A stretch of DNA of 64,000 nt from Methylophilaceae bacterium. Lineage in GTDB: Bacteria; Pseudomonadota; Gammaproteobacteria; Burkholderiales; Methylophilaceae. The notes below the pieces were generated by a model that searched no databases, was not told the origin of the DNA, and saw nothing but the letters and a program-made list of their open reading frames with translations. Of this stretch, positions 20,207 through 29,604 are shown piece after piece (the stretch's first letter is position 1; the number at the start of each line of letters is the position of its first letter). Position numbers and translations under genes: made by a program. The stretch is from assembly GCA_947451235.1 (NCBI GenBank), contig CANFZA010000001.1:8991-72990 (forward strand), written 5' to 3'.

Positions 20207-20697
20207 TGCGTCATATTATTTCACTATTAATGGAAAATGAAGCTGGCGCATTATCACGAGTAGCAGGCTTGTTTTCAGCGCGTGGTTACAACATTGAATC
20301 GCTGACTGTTGCGGTCACTGAAGATCCAACATTGTCACGCATGACCATCGTTACTTCAGGTTCTGAAGCGGTGATCGAGCAAATTATTAAGCAATTGAAC
20401 AAATTAATCGACGTAGTAAAAGTACTCGATTTAAACGATGGAAAATTTATCGAGCGTGAATTAATGCTTGTTAAAGTAAAAGCCACAGGCGCTTTCAGAG
20501 AAGAAATGAAACGTATGTGCGATATTTTCAGAGGCCGTATTATCGATGTGGCCGATGGCAGCTTTACCATTGAGCTTACCGGCTCGGGCAACAAGTTAGA
20601 TGCTTTTATCGAAAGCTTAGATAAGTCGGCAATCCTAGAAACAGTGCGCACAGGCGCTTCTGGCATAGGACGTGGCGACCGAATTCTAAAAGTTTAG
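20206..20697 (+). CDS. ilvH: Acetolactate synthase small (regulatory) subunit
   Basis: ACT domain HIISLLMENEAGALSRVAGLFSARGYNIESL; start overlaps ilvI stop (ATAATG). Confidence 0.93.
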   Translation: MRHIISLLMENEAGALSRVAGLFSARGYNIESLTVAVTEDPTLSRMTIVTSGSEAVIEQIIKQLNKLIDVVKVLDLNDGKFIERELMLVKVKATGAFREEMKRMCDIFRGRIIDVADGSFTIELTGSGNKLDAFIESLDKSAILETVRTGASGIGRGDRILKV

Positions 20698-20763
20698 GCG
20701 ACAAGTTAAGTTTTAGCAGCATATTAAAAAACCATATTTAACATTTAATTAGCATTTGCATAG

Positions 20764-21792
<1,029 letters not shown>

Positions 21793-21879
21793 TCTAAATT
21801 TAATAGATCAATCTAAAAACTAAATTTTGGTTTAGGAGAACTTTGCACGAGCGTATTAAAAACTAAAACCTATCAACAC

Positions 21880-21952
21880 CGTCATTCCCGCGTAGGCGGG
21901 AATCCAGTTAACTTGTTGATTCACCTAGATTCCCGCCTACGCGGGAATGACG
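21880..21952. repeat. REP family 2 inverted doublet (GTCATTCC-palindrome-GGAATC), resembles Neisseria ATTCCC-N8-GGGAAT repeats
   Basis: cgtcattcccgcgtaggcgggaatc / 23 nt / gattcccgcctacgcgggaatgacg; each arm is itself a hairpin. Confidence 0.85.
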
Positions 21953-22030
21953 ATAATTGTGGGTTTTATATTTAATTACGGTTGATTAAACTTTGTGCAA
22001 AGGTATATTTAGGTATTTAGTTGAAATTTA

Positions 22031-22062
22031 AAAAGGGCGAGATAACTTCTTGCCCTTTTTTT
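22031..22062. terminator. Bidirectional-looking intrinsic terminator upstream of psd
   Basis: aaaaagggc-13 nt loop-gcccttttttt; A-tract and T-tract flank the stem. Confidence 0.6.
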
Positions 22063-22102
22063 ATTATCCAAAGAAACATTTTATTAAAACAAAGGGTTAA
22101 GC

Positions 22103-22957
22103 ATGCAAGCCAATATTGCCGTACTTTTACAATATATTCTGCCAAAACAAGCCATTACCGCTCTTGCCGGGAAGTTAGCGCATTACCAAGGCGGCAACCT
22201 AACCACCACTGTAATCACTTGGTTTGTAAAACGCTACCAAGTAAACATGGCCGAAGCGGCTGAACCTAACATCAGCACTTATCAAACTTTTAACGATTTC
22301 TTTACACGCCCACTCAAGGCTGGCGCACGCCCACTAGCGCAGGCAGATTTCATTTGCCCTGTAGATGGTGCGATTAGTCAGTTTGGTAAAATTGAAGCCG
22401 ATCAGATTTTTCAGGCAAAAGGCCATGCATATTCCATTACCGCGTTAGTCGGTGGTGAAAAAAATATGGCCAAAAATTATGAAAATGGCCATTTTGCTTG
22501 TTTGTACTTAAGCCCTAAAGATTACCACCGCATACACATGCCTTGCGATGGCACCTTAAAAAGTATGACTTATGTGCCAGGCGCATTATTCTCAGTTAAC
22601 CCAACCACAGCACAAGGCGTACCAGGGCTATTTGCACGCAACGAGCGCGTGGTTTGTGAGTTTACGTCAGCTAAGCACGGAAACTTCGTGATGGTGCTGG
22701 TAGGCGCAACCATTGTAGGTAGCATGGCAACCGTTTGGCATGATACTAACAACGGCATTATTAACCCGCCACGCACCGGCAAAACCCGTACTTGGACTTA
22801 CGAACAGCAAAACATCAGCCTAAAACAAGGCGACGAAATGGGCAGATTTTTACTAGGCTCAACCGTAGTCATGTTATTTGAAAAAGAAGCACTGGAATTT
22901 AACCCAACTTGGCAAGCAACACGCCCGATAAAACTCGGCGAGATGATGGGGAAATAA
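22103..22957 (+). CDS. psd: Phosphatidylserine decarboxylase proenzyme
   Basis: 284 aa; autocleavage motif FLLGSTVV (Ser253 codon at 22859-22861). Confidence 0.93.
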   Translation: MQANIAVLLQYILPKQAITALAGKLAHYQGGNLTTTVITWFVKRYQVNMAEAAEPNISTYQTFNDFFTRPLKAGARPLAQADFICPVDGAISQFGKIEADQIFQAKGHAYSITALVGGEKNMAKNYENGHFACLYLSPKDYHRIHMPCDGTLKSMTYVPGALFSVNPTTAQGVPGLFARNERVVCEFTSAKHGNFVMVLVGATIVGSMATVWHDTNNGIINPPRTGKTRTWTYEQQNISLKQGDEMGRFLLGSTVVMLFEKEALEFNPTWQATRPIKLGEMMGK

Positions 22958-23567
22958 TTGTAGGAGCGGCGCCTCGCCGCGAAAAATGGCGCAACTTTCA
23001 CCATCGCTATCGCGGCGAGGGCGCCGCTCCTATCTATCAACCGTGGTGATGTTATTTGAAAAAGAAGTACTGGAGTTTAATCCAGCTTGGCAAGCTTCAT
23101 GCCCGATAAAACTCGGCGAGATGATGGGAAAATAACGGTAGGAGCGGCGCCTCGCCGCGAAAAATGGCGCAACTTTCACCGTCGCTATCGCGGCGAGGGC
23201 GCCGCCCCTACCTATCAACCGTGGTGATGCTATTTGAAAAAGAAGTACTGAAATTTAACCCAACTTGGCAAGCTGCACGCCCGATAAAACTAGGCGAGAT
23301 GATGGGGAAATAATTGTAGGAGCGGCGCCTCGCCGCGAAAAATGGCGCAACTTTCACCATCGCTATCGCGGCGAGGGCGCCGCTCCTACCTATCAACCGT
23401 GGTGATGCTATTTGAGAAAGAAGCACTGGAATTTAACCCAGCTTGGCAAGCTACACGCCCGATAAAACTAGGCGAGTTGATGGGGAAATAATTGTAGGAG
23501 CGGCGCCCCGCCGCGAAAAATGGCGCAATCTTCACCGTCGCTATCGCGGCGAGGGCGCCGCTCCTAC
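22859..23567 (+). repeat. 178-bp x4 tandem array: psd alpha-chain segment (32 codons + TAA) plus REP family 1 doublet
   Basis: Units start at 22859 (native), 23037, 23215, 23393; REP doublets at 22960-23032, 23138-23211, 23316-23389, 23494-23567. Confidence 0.95.
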
Positions 23568-23639
23568 ATACGACTTTTCAAGCGCTTTAGCGCTTAGAAA
23601 ATCGGAGTGCCCATGGTGCTGAATTATTTAACAACCTAG

Positions 23640-24125
23640 TTACTTTACAACCTTATGATGTAAATGTGGTGCCAACTCGTTTAACGCTGATTCATACACG
23701 GCGCGCTTAAACTCAATCACATCTTCTAGCGGCACCCAATATTCGCTCCAGCGCCAGGCATCAAACTCTGGATGTTCAGAAGCGCGTAGTGAAACATCAG
23801 AATCGCGCCCTACCATGCGTAGTAAATACCAAATCTGCTTTTGACCTTTATAGCTACCGCGATACTCGCGTTTTACCCAAGTAGTCGGCACTTCATATCT
23901 CAGCCAATCTTTAGTGCGACCCAAAATTTGCACGTGCTCAGGCTTTAAACCTACCTCTTCCATTAACTCACGATACATAGCCTGCTCTGGGCTTTCGCCA
24001 TGGTTAATACCACCTTGCGGAAACTGCCAAGCATGCTCACGGATACGCTTACCCCAAAAAACCTGATTGTTTGCATTACATATAATAATGCCAACATTCG
24101 GGCGAAACCCGTCACGATCTAACAT
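23640..24125 (-). CDS. rppH: RNA pyrophosphohydrolase RppH (NudH)
   Basis: [15 protein letters not shown]..., Nudix box [23 protein letters not shown]; 161 aa. Confidence 0.92.
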   Translation of the reverse strand: MLDRDGFRPNVGIIICNANNQVFWGKRIREHAWQFPQGGINHGESPEQAMYRELMEEVGLKPEHVQILGRTKDWLRYEVPTTWVKREYRGSYKGQKQIWYLLRMVGRDSDVSLRASEHPEFDAWRWSEYWVPLEDVIEFKRAVYESALNELAPHLHHKVVK

Positions 24126-24213
24126 AGCCTTATACTGCCTTAATTATTTAGTGTAATTTTTTCATATTTTGAGCATTATTGAAAGCAACCATTTGCGTAT
24201 AATACATAAGCCT

Positions 24214-25206
24214 ATGAAAACACACTCAATTAAATCCTTGAAAATTAATCACTTTATTGTTTTTTTGCTCGCCTGCGCGGTAAATAGCATTTGCCATGCT
24301 GAAACCAAGCCGCTCAACCACAATTTTGCTTACATTACCAATCAAGGCGAAGATACGGTTTCGGTGATTGATACTGCATTAAATCAAGTCATTAACACCA
24401 TTAAAGTCGGAAAAGCACCGGTTGGCATTGCCGTTTCTAGCACCTTACAACGCGTGTATATTTCAAACGTTGAAAGCCAAGATATTAGCGTGATTGATGC
24501 AAGCAACAACACAGTTATCGACACCATTAAAATCAAAGGTTCACCGGTAGGCTTAGCCTTATCGCCAGATAGCAAAACGTTATATATCGCCGATTGGTTT
24601 GATAATCGCATATTGGCCATGAGCACAGCGCAAACGAATAGCATACGCGAAGTAAACGTAGGCGATGCGCCCGCTGGCTTAACGCTAAGCCCCGATAAAC
24701 AATGGCTCTATGTAGCCAACCGCGACAGCAACGACATTGCCATTATCGACACCGCAACACTCAGCATTAACAAACGCATTAAAGTGGGCAAGCATCCTTA
24801 TGGCGTGTTTATAAGCGCCACTGGCAAATACCTAGTAAGCGTCAATGTAAGAGATGACAGCGTGAGCATTATTAACACTAAAACCAATGCACAAAAGAAG
24901 ATAAAAGTCGGTTATCACCCTTATTGTGCGGCCATGAGTGCCGATGAAAAAACCCTATACGTGACCAACACCCAAGATGACAGCGTGACGGTGTTAAACA
25001 TTGCCACACAAAAACCCATCGCCACTATTGATGTTGGCAACACGCCTGAAGGCATTAGCATAGACGATGCTAATCACCGTGCCTATATCGCCAATTGGGG
25101 TAGTAACAGCGTTAGCGTGATAGATACCACGACCAATAAATTATTAACTACGATTAAAACAGGCGAAAAAAGCCGCGCTTTTGGCCAGTTTATTTTAGTT
25201 AAATAA
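24214..25206 (+). CDS. Secreted YVTN-family beta-propeller repeat protein
   Basis: Signal peptide ending CHA-ETKP; about 40-aa repeats with DTVSVID / DISVIDAS / DIAIIDTA / SVSIINT / SVTVLNIA / SVSVIDTT; ORF opens at 24169, likely start ATG 24214. Confidence 0.8.
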   Translation: MKTHSIKSLKINHFIVFLLACAVNSICHAETKPLNHNFAYITNQGEDTVSVIDTALNQVINTIKVGKAPVGIAVSSTLQRVYISNVESQDISVIDASNNTVIDTIKIKGSPVGLALSPDSKTLYIADWFDNRILAMSTAQTNSIREVNVGDAPAGLTLSPDKQWLYVANRDSNDIAIIDTATLSINKRIKVGKHPYGVFISATGKYLVSVNVRDDSVSIINTKTNAQKKIKVGYHPYCAAMSADEKTLYVTNTQDDSVTVLNIATQKPIATIDVGNTPEGISIDDANHRAYIANWGSNSVSVIDTTTNKLLTTIKTGEKSRAFGQFILVK

Positions 25207-25432
25207 TCACAGCAGTTAATTTTGCGCTGAACATAACGACGCTAGCAAGCCAGCCGTGTCAACCAAGGCAAAGCCGCTTCGTTATCACAGGTGCAAGTAA
25301 GCAAGCATTTTATAAGTCTTGATTCTAATTAATCACTGTTCTCATTTATAATGCCTACGTATTTTTGAATAACCCCTCTCATATTGAGAGTTTTAAAGCC
25401 TCTCAATCACTGAGAGTTTTGGAGAAAGTTAC

Positions 25433-25984
25433 ATGAAAAAGATTTTAGCAATCATCGCACTTGGTTTAAGCATCAGTTTAGTGCCGTACTCTGCATCAGC
25501 ACACGGTCCATCACCACAAAAAGTTGAAAAAAGCATCACTATCAAAGCAGACCCTGCAAAAGTTTGGGCAATTGTTAAAGATTTCGGTGGCATTCACAAA
25601 TGGCATCCGGGCGTAGCCAGCACTAAGTTAGAACAGAAAAAAGATGACAATGGCGACATGGCGACTTACAGAACATTGACGTTTAAAGACGGTGGCAATG
25701 TGTTTGAGAAATTACGCAGCGCAGACGATGCAACGATGAAACTTAAATATGAAATCGTAACAGGCACACTACCGTTAACAGACTACAACGCAGTAATGAC
25801 TGTCACTAAAGGTGAAAATGCTGGCGAAACTACGGTTACATGGGTAGGCCGCTTTTACCGTTTATACAAACTTAACCCACCAATTCCAGCGGGTCAAGAT
25901 GATGAAACAGCGATTAAAGCCATCACAGGTGTGTTTGATTCTGGTTTAGCTAACTTGAAAAAGGTAGCAGAAGGTTCAAAGTAG
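25433..25984 (+). CDS. Secreted SRPBCC (polyketide cyclase/dehydrase-fold) protein, MxaD-like
   Basis: Signal peptide ...YSASA-HGPSP; about 160-aa mature START/SRPBCC-like domain (KVWAIVKDFGGIHKWHPGV); MxaD assignment is from memory of the family, not a search. Confidence 0.6.
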   Translation: MKKILAIIALGLSISLVPYSASAHGPSPQKVEKSITIKADPAKVWAIVKDFGGIHKWHPGVASTKLEQKKDDNGDMATYRTLTFKDGGNVFEKLRSADDATMKLKYEIVTGTLPLTDYNAVMTVTKGENAGETTVTWVGRFYRLYKLNPPIPAGQDDETAIKAITGVFDSGLANLKKVAEGSK

Positions 25985-26005
25985 CAGACCGTAAAGAAGT
26001 GACTA

Positions 26006-26041
26006 AAAGGTCACTTTGGGAATTTTTAAGTGACCTTTTTT
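26006..26041 (+). terminator. Intrinsic terminator of the SRPBCC gene
   Basis: aaaggtcactt / 11-nt loop / aagtgaccttt followed by TTT; perfect 11-bp stem. Confidence 0.75.
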
Positions 26042-26074
26042 GACACTTTTTTGCGGTTGTAATAAAAAATATTA

Positions 26075-26136
26075 GTTTGAAACAGTCTTGAAATAAGTGC
26101 TCACTAAAAGGCGGAACTTAATGTTCCGCTTTTTTT
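26075..26136 (+). ncRNA. Candidate small RNA bounded by its own promoter-like element and an orphan terminator
   Basis: TTGACA (26040-26045), 17-nt spacer, TAAAAA; then gcggaac-ttaat-gttccgc + 7 T (26111-26136); no ORF in between. Confidence 0.25.
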
Positions 26137-26161
26137 ATTGTGCACTCACCGTAGTCTTTTA

Positions 26162-26222
26162 AGATGGGCGCGAATTTATTCGCGATTTTCAGGTGACAAA
26201 TCGCGAATACATTCGCTCCTAC
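26162..26222. repeat. Degenerate REP family 1 doublet
   Basis: Right arm tcgcgaatacattcgctcctac is intact; left arm (ggcgcgaatttattcgcga) has lost the GTAGGA flank. Confidence 0.6.
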
Positions 26223-26289
26223 AATTACAAAACCACAAAAAACACTGCTCTGCGAGGCAATAGACACGGGCTTCGCAGAGCAGTGTTTG

Positions 26290-26386
26290 GTAGGAGCGGC
26301 GCCCTCGCCGCGAAGCAATCGCGCTAGTTAAGGAAATGCAGCGGTAATAAGTGGGATAGCAATCGCGGCGAGGGCGCCGCTCCTAC
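26290..26386. repeat. REP family 1 inverted doublet with long (about 50 nt) spacer
   Basis: gtaggagcggcgccctcgccgcga ... tcgcggcgagggcgccgctcctac; arms match the right-hand arm of the psd-array REPs. Confidence 0.85.
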
Positions 26387-26448
26387 CAACAGCAATACGT
26401 GACTATTATTGCTAGGATTAACGATAATCGTGCGCTCTAAATAATAGT

Positions 26449-26464
26449 TGGCACAGCTATTGCA
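26449..26464 (+). promoter_or_regulatory. Sigma-54 (RpoN) -24/-12 promoter of the pilin gene
   Basis: TGGCAC-agcta-TTGCA, exact match to the TGGCAC-N5-TTGCA consensus, about 70 nt upstream of the pilA ATG. Confidence 0.85.
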
Positions 26465-26535
26465 TTGCAATAACCAAGCACTAAAATTTTTTACCCAGTG
26501 TGAGAACACTTAAAATTTATTTAAAGGATTTCAAA

Positions 26536-26877
26536 ATGAAACAAGTTCAAAAAGGTTTTACCTTGATTGAGTTGATGATTGTTGTTGCGATTATTGGTAT
26601 TTTGGCTGCTGTTGCGTTGCCTCAATATCAAACTTATACAAAAAAAGCTGCTGATACTGCATGTCTTGCTGAAGCTACAGGGATTGCACATGGTGCGGCA
26701 GCTGCAATAGCTAATAATGACGCAGCTTTATTATCACTAACACCTGCCAGTGCTTGTAATAAAGCTGGTCCGACTACTGTACCGACAACGTTTACTGATT
26801 CATATACAGCACCTAAAGGCAATAGTACTAAATCAATCAATTGCGACTACAATACCGGCACTTGCGTAATTAGCTAA
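26536..26877 (+). CDS. pilA: Type IVa major pilin
   Basis: Prepilin leader [32 protein letters not shown]; C-terminal disulfide loop C-DYNTGT-C then VIS-stop; ORF opens at 26500 but ATG 26536 gives the canonical short leader. Confidence 0.95.
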   Translation: MKQVQKGFTLIELMIVVAIIGILAAVALPQYQTYTKKAADTACLAEATGIAHGAAAAIANNDAALLSLTPASACNKAGPTTVPTTFTDSYTAPKGNSTKSINCDYNTGTCVIS

Positions 26878-26903
26878 CTTTCCATTCTAGCTAATTGATT
26901 GAC

Positions 26904-26933
26904 AAAAAAAGAGGCCTAAGGCCTCTTTTTTTT
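26904..26933 (+). terminator. Strong intrinsic terminator after pilA
   Basis: aaaaaaagaggcc-taa-ggcctcttttttttt. Confidence 0.85.
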
Positions 26934-26991
26934 GATAATCTCACCAGTACCTGCTTAGCCGTCAATATGTGATTTATTTGAGGATGTCATT

Positions 26992-28443
26992 TTGAAAGAA
27001 ATTAAAAATCGAGAACTCATAATGACTCATCTAAAAACTTCAATCACATTTAAGTTCGTTATTTTTTTAGTATTTATTAGCCTAATCAGCTTATCGCCCA
27101 GCCTAAACATCATTCCAAAAATCCTAATTGAAACAAGCTTCCACGATAGCCAACGCTTACTAGAACTATTACTAATAGCTCTAATCTTGCTTCATAGCAT
27201 TATATTTAGAAGCCAAAACTCATATTTCACCGCAATCCCCAATATCCGTTACGCCTTTTATGTATTAATCACACTAGCCATTGCTTCAGCATATCTAGCC
27301 AAATCCCCCCGTCACGCCATCATCGAAGTCAGCCTATTTTCCGGTTTAAGTTACCTGACTTTATTTGTCGTCAATTTGTACCATGAAAATAATACGCGAT
27401 TAATCAAATGGCTGACTTACGCCTTTTGGGCGGGCATTTTGTTGTCTATGGTTTCGTTTTACGTGGGCTATATTACTGCCACTACTTTCAGCACCCCTTT
27501 GGTATGGCCTAACCCTTTAACCGGTTTCAGCAACATCCGATCATTTAATCAATACCAACTTTGGACTTTAGGCTTAATTACCTTACCGCTACTTACTTTA
27601 GATTTTAAAAGCGCACAAACGCGTCGCTACTTACATTTTGGCTTGGTTTGCTGGTGGGTGTTACTTTTTTATTCAGCTTCACGTGGCGCATTATTGGCTT
27701 GGTTGGTTGGCCTGTTAGCCACGGCTGTTATTTACCGAAAATTGGCTTGGCCGTTTATACGCTTACAGCTTATGCATATCACGGCAGGCTTTATCAGCTA
27801 TCAAATATTATTTAAATTTATACCAAACCTTAGAGGCTCGGCTTTAGTGACAGGTACGATTATGCGAGATACCTCTAGTGACCGACTCGAGTTATGGCGC
27901 TTATGTATTGCTATTATTCAAGACCACCCAATTTTTGGTGTTGGTCCTATGCATTTTGCTTGGGTTAGCCAGACCAGCGCGCATCCGCATAATAGCGTGT
28001 TGCAAATTATGGCTGAATTCGGCTTACCGGCAGCTTTAATCATATTAGCGATGGCATTCTATGGCTTACGCTGTTGGCTAAAGAGATTTAGCCTTAAAAA
28101 CCTGCAAGCTGACACAACACTAAACTCCACTTTGGCGATTGTATTGTTTTTCACAATAGTCACTAACGCGGCGTATTCCTTAGTAGATGGCGTAATCGTG
28201 ATGCCGATTAGCCAAGTAATGCTGTTTACTTTTATCGGGCTAATGATTGCTTTTTATAGTCACGGCCATGTGGTTGAAGTAAAAAGAAAGTCAGTCTTGA
28301 TGCCGATTATGGCTGGCGTTGTCTTAATTGCTTTAATCTCCTCAACTTTGCCGGAAATATTACAAAGTGCTTCCGGCAGCGAAAAAAGATTCTCCATGGC
28401 TTATACCGCAAGCGGGCCGCGTATTTGGTTAGAGCTTAAGTAA
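26992..28443 (+). CDS. O-antigen ligase (Wzy_C) family membrane protein, TfpO/PilO-like pilin glycosyl ligase
   Basis: More than 10 TM segments; Wzy_C-type loop HPHNSVLQIMAEFGLP; directly downstream of pilA; TTG start with GAGGA 7 nt upstream (alternative ATG 27022); visibly AT-richer than neighbours. Confidence 0.75.
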   Translation: MKEIKNRELIMTHLKTSITFKFVIFLVFISLISLSPSLNIIPKILIETSFHDSQRLLELLLIALILLHSIIFRSQNSYFTAIPNIRYAFYVLITLAIASAYLAKSPRHAIIEVSLFSGLSYLTLFVVNLYHENNTRLIKWLTYAFWAGILLSMVSFYVGYITATTFSTPLVWPNPLTGFSNIRSFNQYQLWTLGLITLPLLTLDFKSAQTRRYLHFGLVCWWVLLFYSASRGALLAWLVGLLATAVIYRKLAWPFIRLQLMHITAGFISYQILFKFIPNLRGSALVTGTIMRDTSSDRLELWRLCIAIIQDHPIFGVGPMHFAWVSQTSAHPHNSVLQIMAEFGLPAALIILAMAFYGLRCWLKRFSLKNLQADTTLNSTLAIVLFFTIVTNAAYSLVDGVIVMPISQVMLFTFIGLMIAFYSHGHVVEVKRKSVLMPIMAGVVLIALISSTLPEILQSASGSEKRFSMAYTASGPRIWLELK

Positions 28444-28592
28444 GTTCAATTACGATTAAGCCTAAGTACGATTTAGCTTAATTAACATCTATTTTTGCTC
28501 AAGATTAGCCTCAATGTAATAAAATTGAGACTAACAAATATAACGCTTTAGCAACTAAACCAAACACACCTCAACACATATCCATTCATTTA

Positions 28593-29288
28593 ATGACCAC
28601 AACCATGACCCAAACCACACCTAGCTATAAAACCCCATTAGAAATTAGCAGCAATTCACCATCGAACGAAGACCAAATCAACGCGAGCATTATCTGGCTA
28701 CATGGCTTGGGCTCAGATGGCTATGATTTTGAACCCATAGTGCAAAAACTAAATTTGCCTAATGTACGATTTATTTTGCCGCACGCGCCTGAGATGGCGG
28801 TGACGCGCAATAGTGGTTACATTATGCCGGCTTGGTATGATTTATATGGCGTCACTGGCAGCAGTCAAGAAGATGAAGCGGGCATAAAAACCAGTCAAAC
28901 TTATATTGAAGCCTTAATTCAAAAAGAGCTAGATCGCGGTATTCCAGCGAATAGAATCGCACTGGCGGGTTTTTCACAAGGCGGCGCCATTGCCTTGTAC
29001 ACGGCCTTACGTTATCCAAAAAAATTGGCTGGCGTATTAGCGCTATCAACTTATTTACCCATCAAAACCAAGCTGGCAGCGGAGGCGAACCCGGCCAATG
29101 CGGCGACACCTATTTTTATGGCGCATGGTGTTTACGACGATGTTATCAGCATGGATTTATGTAAAATTTCACTGCAAACCTTGCAAAGTAATCATTTAGT
29201 AGTCGATTGGCATGAATACAATATGGCGCATTCTGTTTGTGCTGAAGAGATTGTCGATATTCGCCATTTTTTACAGAAGATTTTGTAG
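28593..29288 (+). CDS. Phospholipase/carboxylesterase-family alpha/beta hydrolase
   Basis: Nucleophile elbow GFSQGGA; downstream Asp (HGVYDDV) and His (MAHSV) in the expected order. Confidence 0.85.
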   Translation: MTTTMTQTTPSYKTPLEISSNSPSNEDQINASIIWLHGLGSDGYDFEPIVQKLNLPNVRFILPHAPEMAVTRNSGYIMPAWYDLYGVTGSSQEDEAGIKTSQTYIEALIQKELDRGIPANRIALAGFSQGGAIALYTALRYPKKLAGVLALSTYLPIKTKLAAEANPANAATPIFMAHGVYDDVISMDLCKISLQTLQSNHLVVDWHEYNMAHSVCAEEIVDIRHFLQKIL

Positions 29289-29331
29289 CAGGATTTGGTA
29301 GAATAGCGGCTTAGAGAAATTAGTATATTTT

Positions 29332-29604
29332 ATGTGCGCAACGACTACAAAAAAACCATCAAAATCAACGGCTGAAGCTGATTCGCCATTGCCACAAAAC
29401 TTTGAGCAAGCGTATGCCGAATTGGAAGGTATCGTCGCGCAAATGGAATCTGGCCAAATGCAGCTGGAAGCGTCACTTAGCGCTTATACACGCGGTAATT
29501 TTCTATTGCAGTTTTGCCAAAAATCGCTTGCTGACGTTGAACAGCAAGTGCAAATCTTGAATGATAAAAATCAGTTAGTCGCATTTAAGTCTGAGAATGA
29601 CTAA
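29332..29604 (+). CDS. xseB: Exodeoxyribonuclease VII small subunit
   Basis: FEQAYAELEGIVAQMESGQMQLEASL core; xseB-ispA-dxs order. Confidence 0.9.
   Translation: MCATTTKKPSKSTAEADSPLPQNFEQAYAELEGIVAQMESGQMQLEASLSAYTRGNFLLQFCQKSLADVEQQVQILNDKNQLVAFKSEND

Noticed and set aside
22798-23426. Three overlapping minus-strand ORFs (80, 62 and 72 aa) with near-identical sequences (…GALAAIAMVKVAPFFAARRRSY…) that look like a small gene family
   Set aside because: They are the antisense reading of the 178-bp psd/REP repeat units. Each is bounded by the repeat period, and the substitution pattern is silent-biased in the plus (psd) frame, not this one.
22859-23567. Regularly spaced palindromic repeats that superficially resemble a CRISPR array
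   Set aside because: The 'spacers' are about 90% identical to each other and to the psd 3' end. The repeats are 74-nt REP doublets and no cas genes are present.
26118-26509. Minus-strand ORFs of 66 and 61 aa upstream of pilA
   Set aside because: They run through REP family 1 elements and the sigma-54 promoter. Their composition is repeat-derived and they have no RBS.
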